In this document: positions 28,670 through 40,474 of the stretch, piece after piece | Numbering within the stretch: position 1 is the stretch's first letter | Layout of the letters: each line of letters opens with the position of its first letter | Assembly: GCF_048593235.1 (NCBI RefSeq) | Contig: NC_133619.1 | Span: forward strand, 293,522,454 to 293,586,453 | Direction of reading: 5' to 3' | From: Sminthopsis crassicaudata | Lineage: Eukaryota | Length of the DNA: 64,000 nucleotides | Program-made: the position numbers and the translations under genes | Notes under the pieces: model-generated | Told to the model about the DNA's origin: nothing | The model's input: the letters and a program-made list of their open reading frames with translations, nothing else | The model's database searches: none

Positions 28670-29433
28670 TTTTTTTTTTAATTAAAGAAACCAATGTTTA
28701 TTCTCCATCAGCATTTTTCTAGCACTATTAGAGTGTCTAGGGTAAAACTCAAGACCACTCCGTAGTGATTCCTATCCACTCAGTGGCCTGAGCAGCAGGA
28801 ACCACAGACCAGTCCTCAGCCAGCTGAGCACCCCAACATTCAATAGGGAACTACTGAATAAGCACAGATAGCACCTGTACTCCCTCAGACCAATCAGCCA
28901 CCTCTTAGTAGTGAATCCTGGGACAGGTGCTATTCACTTTGAAATTCCTCCTTTATTACTGTGTTCTCAGCTACAGCCTGCTTCTCCCTCCTTTTCAATC
29001 TCCTCTGCATCCAGTAGAAGTTAAGATCAGGCATTACTTCCCATGGGGATTCAAAAGAGATGTACCACACATACACAGAACCTTGGGGGCCAGCAGCCAC
29101 TACATCAGACCCACTGAGTGAGCTCCCTAGTTGTTCATAGAAAGGCAACATTCACATAGCAAAGGGAGGAACCTTAGGTTATACAAGGCAATGACTGGGA
29201 GGTTAACATATGAGGATCAGTGACCAGCATGACTCGAGGCTACCAAAAGCTGCCTGGACCTGGTTAGCGGAAGTGAATCATCCAGCAACAGGTGTGGCAG
29301 CAGCAAGTTTCACTCTTTCTTTTGTAGATTTATTTTTCTATCTGAAGTCTGAATTGGTGTCAACCAAATGGGTTCCTGCAGCAAAGAATTTGAGGACATC
29401 CTCCTCCTCCATTTTCAAGCCAGAGTGGAAAGC
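28670..29433 (-). pseudogene. RPSA: Processed pseudogene of RPSA (40S ribosomal protein SA / 37-kDa laminin receptor precursor)
   Basis: Minus-strand fragments read MEEEDVLKFFAAGTHL, NQVQAAF, GAHSVGLM*WLLA, WEVMPDLNFY, EVADWSEGVQV and [13 protein letters not shown] (ATG 29412, TGA 28749). It is intronless with stops and frameshifts. AATAAA (28697-28702) lies 17 nt before a poly(A) (T-run 28668-28679). 14-bp TSD aaaatctttaactt at 28656-28669 and 29890-29903. Confidence 0.95.
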
Positions 29434-29442
29434 AAAATCTTT

Positions 29443-29882
29443 TTTTTTTTTTACACTTGAATCCAATTTATTTGTGAGTTGTTTTTTTATATGCATATAT
29501 AGTTATACAATTATCGTGCTACACAAGAAAAATCATATCAAACCAGTAAAAAAAATAAAATAAAATAAAATAAAATAAAATGCAAGCAAACAACAAAAAA
29601 AGAGTGAAAAATACTATGAGTGAACCACACTCAGTTCCCATAGTTATCTCTGGGTATAAATGGCTCTCTTCCTCACTGAACAATTGGAACTGACTTGTTG
29701 CTGTGTATAATAATATCCTGATTCTGCTCATTTCACTTAGCATCAGTTCATATAAGGCTCTCCAGGCCTCTCTGAAATCATCTTGCTACTCATTTTTTCT
29801 AGAACAATAATGTTCCATAACATTCACATACCATAATTTATTCAGCCGTTCTCCAAATGATGGGCATCCATTCAATTTCCAA
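29443..29882 (-). mobile_element. 5'-truncated L1 3' end inserted at the 5' junction of the RPSA retrocopy
   Basis: 16-bp TSD ggaaagcaaaatcttt (29427-29442, 29883-29898); poly-T tail on the left. Confidence 0.88.
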
Positions 29883-29918
29883 GGAAAGCAAAATCTTTAA
29901 CTTAACTTTAATTTTAAG

Positions 29919-30234
29919 TGTAAAGGGCTAGAACTGAGCAAATAAATACACTTGGATAATGGAGCACGTGAGACTAATTGCCAATTGGACAATTCTCTAT
30001 TAACATGTTTGAAGATTGACCCTCCCCAACTATTCTGTGCTGACTTGATTGGTGGGACAGAGAAGGGGAAGTGACATGTATGGGTGGAGTAGGAGTAGGA
30101 AACTGAGGCATTCTCTTGGCGGTGGAGAGAAGATTACTAGATCTAATCCCCTAACAGGGACCTCAAGAGACCAAGAATAAAGACTTTTGATTAGCCTGAT
30201 TCTGGCTGATTTCTGGGAAGACAGAGTTCCAGCA
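29919..30234 (+). mobile_element. Solo LTR (~316 bp)
   Basis: tgtaaagggc...ccagca termini, AATAAA at 30176-30181, higher GC than the flanks. Resembles recalled dasyurid LTR families; TSD imperfect. Confidence 0.7.
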
Positions 30235-30583
30235 TAAAAGATAGGAAGATTATATTTAAAAAATTGGCTACTCAAAAGTAAAATCTAATGTATGCAATTA
30301 ACTGAATAATATTTTCATTTGCTTGAGTTGTTTTTTTTTTTTGTTAAATCCTTAAGAAGCATCTGCTTTCTCTTATCCATTTATCCAATGACTTGCCAAA
30401 TCTCACCATTTCTACTGCCATTATCTCCTGTACCCAATCTCTTCTCTCCACTCACACAGCCACTACCTCAAATCTATATCACCTCTTACCTAAATTATTG
30501 CTGCAGCTTTCCACTCCTGGTCTCAAGACAAGTCCATACTCTACAATACTGCAAAAAAAGTTTACACCATTTCCTTCTCCGGC

Positions 30584-30737
30584 TCATTTTACAGATGAAG
30601 AAACTGAGACAAGCAGGGTTAAGTGACTTGCTGGATTCACACAGCTAATAAGTGTCTGAGGCCAGATTTGAACTGAATAGATGAATTTTCTTTATTCTAG
30701 GCCTAGCACTCTAGTCATTGCAACACTTAACTGTCCC
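30584..30737 (-). mobile_element. MIR-family SINE
   Basis: cattttacagatgaagaaactgag...ggttaagtgacttg...gatttgaact. Confidence 0.75.
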
Positions 30738-33700
30738 TGTTAATAATTATCACTATTCAAATTGCCTGTACAAGCCAGAATCTCATCAGTAATTCATCCT
30801 AAAGACCATGAAATTTAGTGAGGCACTAATGGAATGCAGGGTATGTTCCTAACTTTTTGAGGTTGACATCACTAACAACATCATCATTGCTCTTCCACAT
30901 GTTCAATGTCAGATACTGAATGCGAGATGGATGGATAAAAAGATCTGACCCAAAGCAATTTCTTATATGATCCCAGGATAAGACACTACAGAGTAGGAGA
31001 TAAAGAGTAACAAACCAGTAAGTATTCTATTGAAATAATAAAAGATTGTACTATTTTGGTTATGTTCTATTCTAAATCTAGAATCTATGATTCCCAAGGT
31101 CCACATTTTTTCCCCCCAACTCTCCTAGTTTGTTTTTTTTTTTTAAACAGAATCATGGATCTAGATTTTATAGAAAAAAATCTTAACTTAAACTAAACTT
31201 AAACAACTAAAACTTAACATTCTCATTTTACAAATGACTCAAGTGAGGTCCAAAGAAGTCAAGTGACTTGCCCACGATCCCACAGGTAGCAAATACTAAG
31301 TCTAGGATTTTAATTCAAGTTCCGTGATTTCACGATCAGTGTTCTTTTCACTACAGGTAAGACTAAGAATTCCATATTCACAGAGAGCACTCAAATAAGC
31401 ATTTAGTGAGCTTGGAAAAATAAGACATTCTCTTAAATATGAATGTGAACATAATGAACTTACCCACAAAACACAGGATCATAAAGCAAAATGCAAAAAT
31501 ATGCTAACAAACAAATATTATCTTAATATGCCAGCATTTCCTTTTACAGCAATGAGAACACATGAAACAAGGGGGAAAAAACCAAAACAAAACAAAAAAC
31601 GACTTAACAATGATAGGTACTAGTTTGGAGATTTACTCCATTATTTTTTCTAGCACTTTATTATCTGATAGTACAATCAAGAAACATCATCTCATTACTT
31701 CAATTACCTTCCCTTTCACAAATCAGATACACATTCTTTCTATCTCAACATTTGTCTAGTGTCACACAAAACAGTGGCCAACAACAAACCTGATACATGG
31801 CTGCTTAAGTTAGACTGAAAGGCACCACATAGTGACCTTTAACAAGAACGATATTAACAGGTGGCTGGTGCCGAATACAAATAATTGTTTTAAGCTATCA
31901 AACAAGACCCAAACAGGAGAGCAGTCTTATCATTAATAACTGTGAATGCTAGAGGTAGAGGATGTAGATACCTCCCATCTACAATAGTGGTAAGGAAAAG
32001 GCAGTGAGCAACTCTCCTCTCTTGAGCCAAAATGAGTGTTGATGATTTCAACAGGAGGAATTAGCACCAATCAATTTAATTTTATAAGCAAATTAATTAC
32101 AATAGCTTCTAAAACTACTGTTTTCCTCGCCATTTTTCTACTGCATTTGGAAAGGGAAATTCTTAGATTTATTTTGGTGGTGTTTATTATCACTCATCAG
32201 AGGTAGAACTTGATAACAGTCCAGTGAAAACATGTTAAGAGATTATGGGAAATTATTAGATCCTTCTCTGGAAATGTACAGAAGCAAAATGAAGGAGAGA
32301 AGAGGTAGGAATCCATGATATACAGGTGTTTCTAAATTCTGGAAGAGAAACTGACTAAGCTATAAGTGACTGAGTTAATTGCCTTTAGTGACTAAAATCA
32401 ATTGTCTCAAGTTAATCACAGTTTTTATCAACCTTTAACCCCAGAACAAGGCACTGTTTTGACAGAAGAGACAGCTGTACTACAGGGAGTAGGATAGGAG
32501 GCACTGCTGGTGCTACAACCTTTTCTGAAACACAATCACTTCGACCAGAGTCCAAAAATCCTACCAGATGGAGAAAAAAACCAGACATGCATCTTACTCC
32601 TTACGGTCCCATGGTCGGGCCACCTATTCCTCAGAAAACTCATTATAACTGTCACAGTAGAAAAGGGGATACTATATTCTTTGGCTATTACCCCGTCTTT
32701 CACCCTTCCAAACCATCGGCTGGCAATCTAAAGCATGTCACAATGAAAATGGCATGGCCAGACTGATCTACACACTACTGGCACATTGGTCCCCTGATGA
32801 AGAGGCCAAGTAGTAGATCGAGTTCCTGTCAGCTGCAAAAGAGCCGACACTTAAGCTGCTTAGAGACTTCTCATTCTTTATTTTTAAAATGGTAGAGTGG
32901 GTTCAAGGACATAGCTGCTTGCCAAACAAGAAGAAATTAAGAAAAAAGGCATAATTCTTTTTAGTGAATATACAGCAAGGAGCTTTGAAATTTCAGAATT
33001 ACTTCACAAACAGCATATCGTTGAAAAAATGATATATAAATGTATAAATGGAAGGAGATTCTCACCACCACCACCAAGAAAAGCATAAACCAAAATAATT
33101 AATTCTCAATTTACTGATACTCAATTCTCCTATTACTGAAGTTAAATACTGATTTTCATAAAACCATAACTCCAAGGGAAGATATGGTATGACTGATTAC
33201 TTTAACTTAATGATCAGCTTTTTAAAGATTTTTAAAGATGTATTGAAAAGATTGTTGGGGGAGAAGAATACATCCAAAGAGATTCCAAAAGTAGTTGTTG
33301 TTGTTTCCGCTCTTCCACCTCATTCTCAACTAATTCTTACAAGCTGTAGACCAACTGAATTTTGATGTGTAAACTGCTTTTGACTATATTTCATTTTTTG
33401 CAGATAAACACTTTTTTAAAAAAAATGCAAGCCAAAGACACCCTTTTGAGAAACTAAGAAAACAGATGTGGAAGCCATTTGTTTAGATGAAGAGGAATTT
33501 TCGCTTTTATAGGAATACAATGATTCATGAAAAGGAAAAAAGTCTGTCATTAAGTTGCTTCAATAGAAACTATTGGGTTTGAGGCAGCTTTCTAAATATG
33601 GCCATTGCTTCACTTCACATCTCATCTCTCCTGAAATATCGCAACGATTGCTAAGAAACATTACTTTTATTGTTTTTGTTCTTTTATTTTTTCTGCTTAG

Positions 33701-34554
33701 CATATACGTTATGGAAAAAGCCTGGTGCTCCAGCATCATGCATTTGCCTCTCTCAATTAGGTAGTTGCACAAAATGTCTTTGGCCTCATTTATCTACTAT
33801 GATTAGGGCAAGTTCAGATCATCAGAATATTAGTAGTCACCATAATGTGTTCTGAAGTGGCAATGTTTTCCTTAAGAAATGGATGATGCTATCTATGTAG
33901 GATAGAAGTAAATCTGATGAATTTTACACTAGGAAATAGAAGTACAACTGTGGTGACCAATTCTATCTTAACTAACATCTCAGATAGTTCAGGCTATCAA
34001 AGACCTTTTATATCTGCCTTCTGATGAACTATGACAATGACTTTTAAATTTTCTCAGATAAACCACATCAAAGTATTAGATAGAATGCAATCATGACCTG
34101 AAGGCACTCAATAAAACATTTCTGATGATGATGTTGGAAATAATGACAAGGAAAATTATTAAATTCCACTTTGAAAAACCCAAAATAAAAAGGAAAATAA
34201 TCTTTAATTGATCTGCACAAGATGTAACACTCCTGGAATAGATAGTATGTTTATGCATAAATTGAGGCATACCATACAGCATATACTCAAGGCCTCTTTT
34301 TAACATTAAAGAAATGAACCAAAATAATTTAAAACTTGGGAAAATTGTAAACATTTAGTGAAAACTACGACACCTATTTACTGATTTTGATAGAAATACC
34401 ATTAACACTCCTACCCTATATACCTTCTTTCCCAAAGAACACATATCAAGTGCTATTTTTTTTTTAAATTATATCAAGTGCTATTTTAGAATCTGAAATG
34501 AAAGCACCTAATATCCTAAAATGTGAAGACAGAAGCCTTAGAATTCAAGTCCCC

Positions 34555-34704
34555 GGGGGCAGCTAGGTGGCGCAGTGGATAGAGCACCAGCCTTGAATTC
34601 AGGAGGACCCAAGTTCAAATCTGGTCTCAGACACTTGACACTTCCTAGCTGTGTGACCCTGGGCAAGTCACTTAATCCTAGCCTCAGAAAAAAAAAAAAA
34701 AAAA
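34555..34704 (+). mobile_element. Young full-length WSINE1 SINE
   Basis: Intact A/B-box head with a retained CpG (ggcgcagtgg); uninterrupted A-tail; perfect 14-bp TSD agaattcaagtccc (34540-34553, 34705-34718). Confidence 0.95.
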
Positions 34705-37012
34705 AGAATTCAAGTCCCATCTCTTATCCTTACTGTACTTTACAGGGAAGTTTCTGTATCAAAACCTCACTTTGCTCATTTATAAAACAAGGATTAAAAG
34801 AGACTTGTAAAATGTGTCCTACAAGATTGTTGTGAGGAAAAGTTCTTTCTAAACTGTAGCTTAATATATTATTCTTATGTATATAAGATTTTGCATATAA
34901 TACATAAAGCATAAATGTGAGATTTTATACATATAATAAAAATCATAGGATCATTATGCTTTAGTTGTGAGATCACTCCCATTCTAACCATTTTTACCAT
35001 TTCAAATCTTCCATGGCAAGTAAATCTTTTGGGGTATGACACAAAAAAAGAAAACCAACCTGAATAACAATACCTGTTGACATGTCACCTAGCTTTCTTT
35101 TTCATGATTTCATAATCAAAAAAAAAAAAAAAAAAAGCCCAACAAAAACTGAAAACAAGGCTTTTATCTACTTTAAAATAAATAGAATTAGAGCTAGACA
35201 GGGATGTCAAAGACTTCTTGGTGAGTATACAGAACAGATTGAAATGTAAATGGGAAATATTTGGCAAAATAAATAAAAATATAATTTGTAAGAGCACGAA
35301 GTATACAGTTTGACACTGGTTGATCTACCTACCTCTCCCCAGTCTCCCCATTTTACAGATGAGAAAGCAAAGAAATAACCACAGAATCCAGAGCACTGTA
35401 AGGGACCTCAGTAATCACTTAGATAAACCTGAATGTACTGATATGTTTTATACAGTAGAAAGGACATTGGATTGGGAACCAAGAGCTCTGAGTTTATATC
35501 TTGGGACCTATATTTACTGCATGGACTTAATCTTTATTGTTAAAATTAAGTTTTAGTTTGAATATAGTTATAGTTAAACACAGATAGCCAAAACTATCTC
35601 TTAGGTCTTTTCAGTATCTAAATCTATGATCCTATGATGCCAAGTAGAAGAGCTGAAATTTTAACCCAAGTCTTAATACTTCAAATGTAGCATTCTTTCC
35701 ATTACACTTATTACCTCTTAATTCCTTCTAATAGCAAATGACTCACCACCATAATCTTAAGTACTGAGACTACAACTCCTAGAATAGAGGTTCCAAGCTC
35801 TTGGTGATTACAAGCTAATTGTGATTTCTTCAAAGTCTTGGGAGGAAGACACAGCTGAAAGGGCAGGCAGCTTGCTAGCTGTAATTCCCCTTCCAATTAA
35901 GAGCCAGAAAAGAGAGCTATGGTAGCAAACAATTTGGTAGCCTACTCAAGATCCACCAATCTATTTTAACATAGTGTTTGGGGGTGTCTGTCTTGTTTTT
36001 TTTTCTTTTGTTTTAATTTTAAAATCTGCCCACTAATAGTCTCCAATCCTGTATTTCTCTACAAGCGATTTTTAATAATCTACAGAAATGCATATGTAAA
36101 AAAATTAAGATTTTTTTTTCAGCCTGAATTGCTTTTCTCTATCAACAAAGGCATATTACCTTGCAAAATAACGAACTAATTTTTCTGGTGCTGAACATAT
36201 TTGGGAGAGTGGAAGAAGTTTCTGGCAAAAATATAAGTGTCCCACTACTTCAGCTTTAAATGTAAATTAAATACTCAGCAGCATGTAAGTTAGGACAATT
36301 TTCCTTACACAAGATAAGATGAATTGTATTTTATTCTTTAGTTCTGAACAAGTCAATTCTTTAGACATACCTAACCCTTAAACAAAGGCTGCTCTTTGAC
36401 ACAGCTGTGGAAATGTTTTTATTACGAATGTTCTTTAAATATGAACAAGAGTCTCTCTTTTCTGTACTTAAATTCATAACAAGCTCTTACTTTTGCAAAA
36501 TAGAATAACTGAAGAAAAGTGAAAAGAGAAAAGAAAAAGAGAATATTTGCTTCCTATGTGAGCATCATATAAATTACCACCATAGTGGCAAAACATGCCT
36601 TTCCCCAATCTACCAACTCTATTCCCCTCAGAACCTGTGACACCCCAATGGCTCTTCTAGACTCTAATATGGTTACATTATTGTAAAGAAAATTATTCCA
36701 AGATTTATTCCTTTTCTCAGGATGAAAAAGTATTTTTTAAAATGCTTTTGAGATAATTATTAGATTCCATAAAGGTCATTTTTATGATAACTCAAATGTG
36801 TGGGCTCATAGGTCTCTAGGACACCAATTTTATACAATCTGTCTTCTTTGGAGATTGCCTGGCCACAAGAGGAATTCTCTAGCTGCTTCATGAGGGCACA
36901 GTGCTTTATTACTTAGAATTATATGCCAACTGGGGTTGTTCTATTTAAATTTTTTTTTTTTTTTAAATTTTAACACTGCATCCAACTTCTAGTGAACCTC
37001 TCCTGTGTGGAG

Positions 37013-37242
37013 AAAAGTTCTATAATCACTACTTATTGTTCCCAGTTTATGCTTTGTCCTGATCACTCTGAACACACAGGGTTTACTGTACTATTTTTTA
37101 TTTTAAAGAAATAAGGAAAGAAAGAAAAGGAAAAGAAAAAGAAAAAGGAAAAGAAGAAAAAAGTTCTATATCATCACTACTTATTATTCCCAGTTTATGC
37201 TCTGTCCTGATCACTCTGAACACACAGGGTTTACTGAACTAT
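37013..37242 (+). repeat. 82/84-bp direct repeat flanking an A-rich spacer
   Basis: Copies at 37013-37094 and 37159-37242 differ by 3 substitutions and a 2-nt indel. Confidence 0.95.
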
Positions 37243-38689
37243 CATTTAGATCCTTCTTAACAAATCATGATTTCCAATGATTAATGAGCTTAAAGGTCAC
37301 AGGCTGATTTTTTTTTTTTTAAAGAAGGAAGGAAGGAGAGGAGGAAAAAATAATCCAACAACCTGTAATTCCAAAGTACCTTAATTTTTGGCAATCATCA
37401 TATCATGGGTAGAAAAAGTCCAACCCTTTACAAAGGTTTTAATTCAAATAACATTTGCTAATTACCTTGTAAGAGCAAAGGCAAAGGGAAGATTATTTGG
37501 ATAACAAAAATTTTATTTACTAATATTTACAAAGCACCTTTTAAAAGCAAAATAGAGGGAAGATAATATATATTTGTATAAATGTCATGAGTATATATAT
37601 ATATATATAAAATATACAAAATGAATACTATATATGTAATATAATATACATGTAACTATTTCTATATGAAATTTAACCATTTATTTACTAAACAGTTTTA
37701 GAGGACAAGTCAAACAATTGTATGTATATTCCAATCTGGAGAATGTATACTTTTCATAAATCTTCTAGAATGAATAATTTCCATACCTTCAAATGACTGC
37801 AGCTTTCACTAAGAAGGATTTGTAGTATTCTAAGACTCAAAACAAATAATACAACATTACTAATGAATATAAACATCTGAAGAACCTCTTCTATTTGATA
37901 TTACCAATAAAGATTTCAATGGCTCTCTGTTTGGCAAGGAGATCAAGAATACAATGTATAATGGTCATAGAGTCCATGTCATTTCCACCTTTTTTAGAGA
38001 CTACTATCTTATTCAAACATAATGGACCAGAGAACTTCAATAGTATCTTTATTCCTGATTTTACTTTTTTACTAGCTTCTACAAAGTCCTACTCTCCTGA
38101 GTCATCATGATATTGGATTCTCAAAGGCTATACTAATGTAAAGAAAACTATAACAAGTACTATACACTGTAATGGTTTCAAATATAGTTCCAGAAACAGA
38201 CCAAGTTAGCTTTCTGACCATCAACCTATCTTAGTACATAGAGGTTCACTTAGCATTAGAGTGACCACTTGGTAATAAATTCTTTGGCCATACCAATTCA
38301 TGATACAAAGAGCTACAAAATAGACGTTAGTCTTCTTTCCACACTTCCAAATGCAGTAACAATGAAGCAGAAAAAGGGGAAGAGGATGCTAAGAATTGGT
38401 TTTTAGACCACTTAAGAACTTCAATTTGATTCTTGGTACTCTGAATATAAGATTCTTAGCTAGTCACCAAGAAGTAGAAAAATAAATCATACCAGCCTCT
38501 TCACAGTTAATATTAAAAAATAAATAAATAGATAGATAGATAAAACAAAAACAGAAGTTAGAATTAAATGAAAAGATTACTTAACTGGTTGGAGAGGTGA
38601 AAAAGGATTTCACCATACATTTAAAGGCAACAAGAAATTTCATTTCATGGAATACCTGACCATTTGGTACAAAGCCCAAGTATTCTCAA

Positions 38690-38865
38690 AAAACACTACT
38701 ACTATTTTAAACATAAGGAGATTTGACCTGTGCATACCTAGTTTGCCTAACATGAAAGCACCCTGCTTTCCTGAGTTCTCCTATCACATGGGTGGAAGTT
38801 ATCATCCTTTTATTGGCTGTAAAGTCTGAAAAGGTAATATCTCTAAAATTTACCAGATTGGAATA

Positions 38866-38953
<88 letters not shown>

Positions 38954-39490
38954 ATGCAGTCTCTCTCTTTTCTATGCATTTTTCCCTTTTGTATCCAGGT
39001 GAGAATAGAGGAACCCAGAAAACAGGCACCATGAACTGAATTAGGAAGGGGAATACTTTCCATCCATCTTTCCTTTCAGGCCCTGAGATAGTTATTTTTC
39101 ATGTTCAGTTTTATATATTCCTCTTAGTTTCAAGTACAGGTGGCAATCCCACCAGACCCAAGAGTTTGAGTCATGGTGACCTTGAAACCAGGAATCCAGG
39201 CACTGCAGCTAGCTCAATCCTAGAGAGGTTTGGATTGGGAATCTGAACTGTGCTCTCTGAGAGCTAAGCTAAGCTGTATACCTAATCCCTTTTCCCTTCC
39301 CACTGAGTAAGGTCATGGAGTGGGAAGTTAAATTATGTCTCCCATGTTGGGGGACTAAGTTTGAATATTCGTCAATATACCTTTGAAGTAAAAATTCTTT
39401 TGTAAAAGATAATCCAGCTATTACGGTTAAATGTAACTTTGGTAAAGAGGACCACCCCCCTTCACTTGAGGGAACCACCAAGGTTGTGAC
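38690..39490 (+). mobile_element. Possible old LTR element carrying the (TC)n microsatellite
   Basis: GC-richer block with LTR-like layout (CCAAT-like attggc, pyrimidine tract, caggtgag donor-like site); termini not defined. Confidence 0.35.
38869..38950. repeat. (TC)41 microsatellite
   Basis: Read directly. Confidence 0.98.
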
Positions 39491-40148
39491 CTGAAATCAT
39501 TTACCAAGTGATATTCCTGTAGGTGACATCATACAGATTGCATCAAACCCCAGAATATTCTGGAGTCTCCTCAAAGAAAAAAAAAATTTGGCCTAAGCCA
39601 AATTGTGTTGATACACATGGGAAGGGGAAAAAAAAAAAAAAAAAAAAAGCCCTGTGTAGGAATGATATACCCACTGTCATACCTCAATATGGGTAAATTA
39701 TAGAACTTGCTCATTACTATGCAGGAGGTCAGTGAAAGGAATACTAAATTAAGAGCCAAAGGCGCAGAGTTCCAATTCTGTTTCTAAGCCATTTAACAAG
39801 TTGTGCAATTGTACAATGAGATCACTAAATGAGATGGCTTCTAAAGTCCCTTCCAGCTTCAAATCCATGATGCTACAAGCAGGACATAAAGAATTAACAG
39901 ACAACTTGGACCCCAGAATTAAAGTAGGAACAGAACAAAACTACAAAGTTTTTCTAATGACCTCAAGCTAATTCCAGAAACCAAAGACTACCTTTTTAAA
40001 TACCAAAATTCTACTAGTGTTATTATAAGAATGAAAATTATTAAATGCTATAATCTACAATAAGTTACTGAAGGCTGAGTATATAACCCAGATTTGAGTG
40101 TCCCAGGTCAAAGTGATAGCATAACAATACTTTTTCCTTCAATTAGAG

Positions 40149-40474
40149 CAGGGATCCTTAAGCTTTTTCCATTTGCAATCCCTTTCCACCTGATAAATTT
40201 TTATGTGACCTCATCTTGAGCCTGAGCCATGGTGTTTCTGACAGCATTAGTAAATACACAATGCAAAATGCACACGTTGTATTTTCAGAACCAAGGATGC
40301 AGTGAAGTCATTCAATTCAACATGGGCAAGCACTATCAGAGACACTTGGATTCATTATGTCTGAATTATAAATAATTTTGTCATCCCCGCATTCAGAAAC
40401 CTTTTACTGTTGTCAATTTTTTTATAATCCCCTACATTCAGTTATGTGACTGACCCACAGTTTAAGAAGCTCTG
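40149..40474. mobile_element. hAT-type MITE (326 bp)
   Basis: Imperfect TIRs cagggatccttaagct / agtttaagaagctctg; 8-bp TSD aattagag/aactagag (7/8) with central TA. Confidence 0.8.

Noticed and set aside
28927-29563. ORFs 28927-29121, 28930-29151 and 29210-29563 as novel genes
   Set aside because: They are shifted or antisense frames of the RPSA pseudogene and the adjacent L1.
34555-34640. tRNA-like A/B boxes here and in other SINE heads
   Set aside because: They belong to tRNA-derived SINEs with CORE, tail and TSD, not to tRNA genes.
37880-38110. Open frames on both strands considered as a possible endogenous viral element
   Set aside because: Translations resembled no viral protein I recognise; only a tBLASTn search could revive this.
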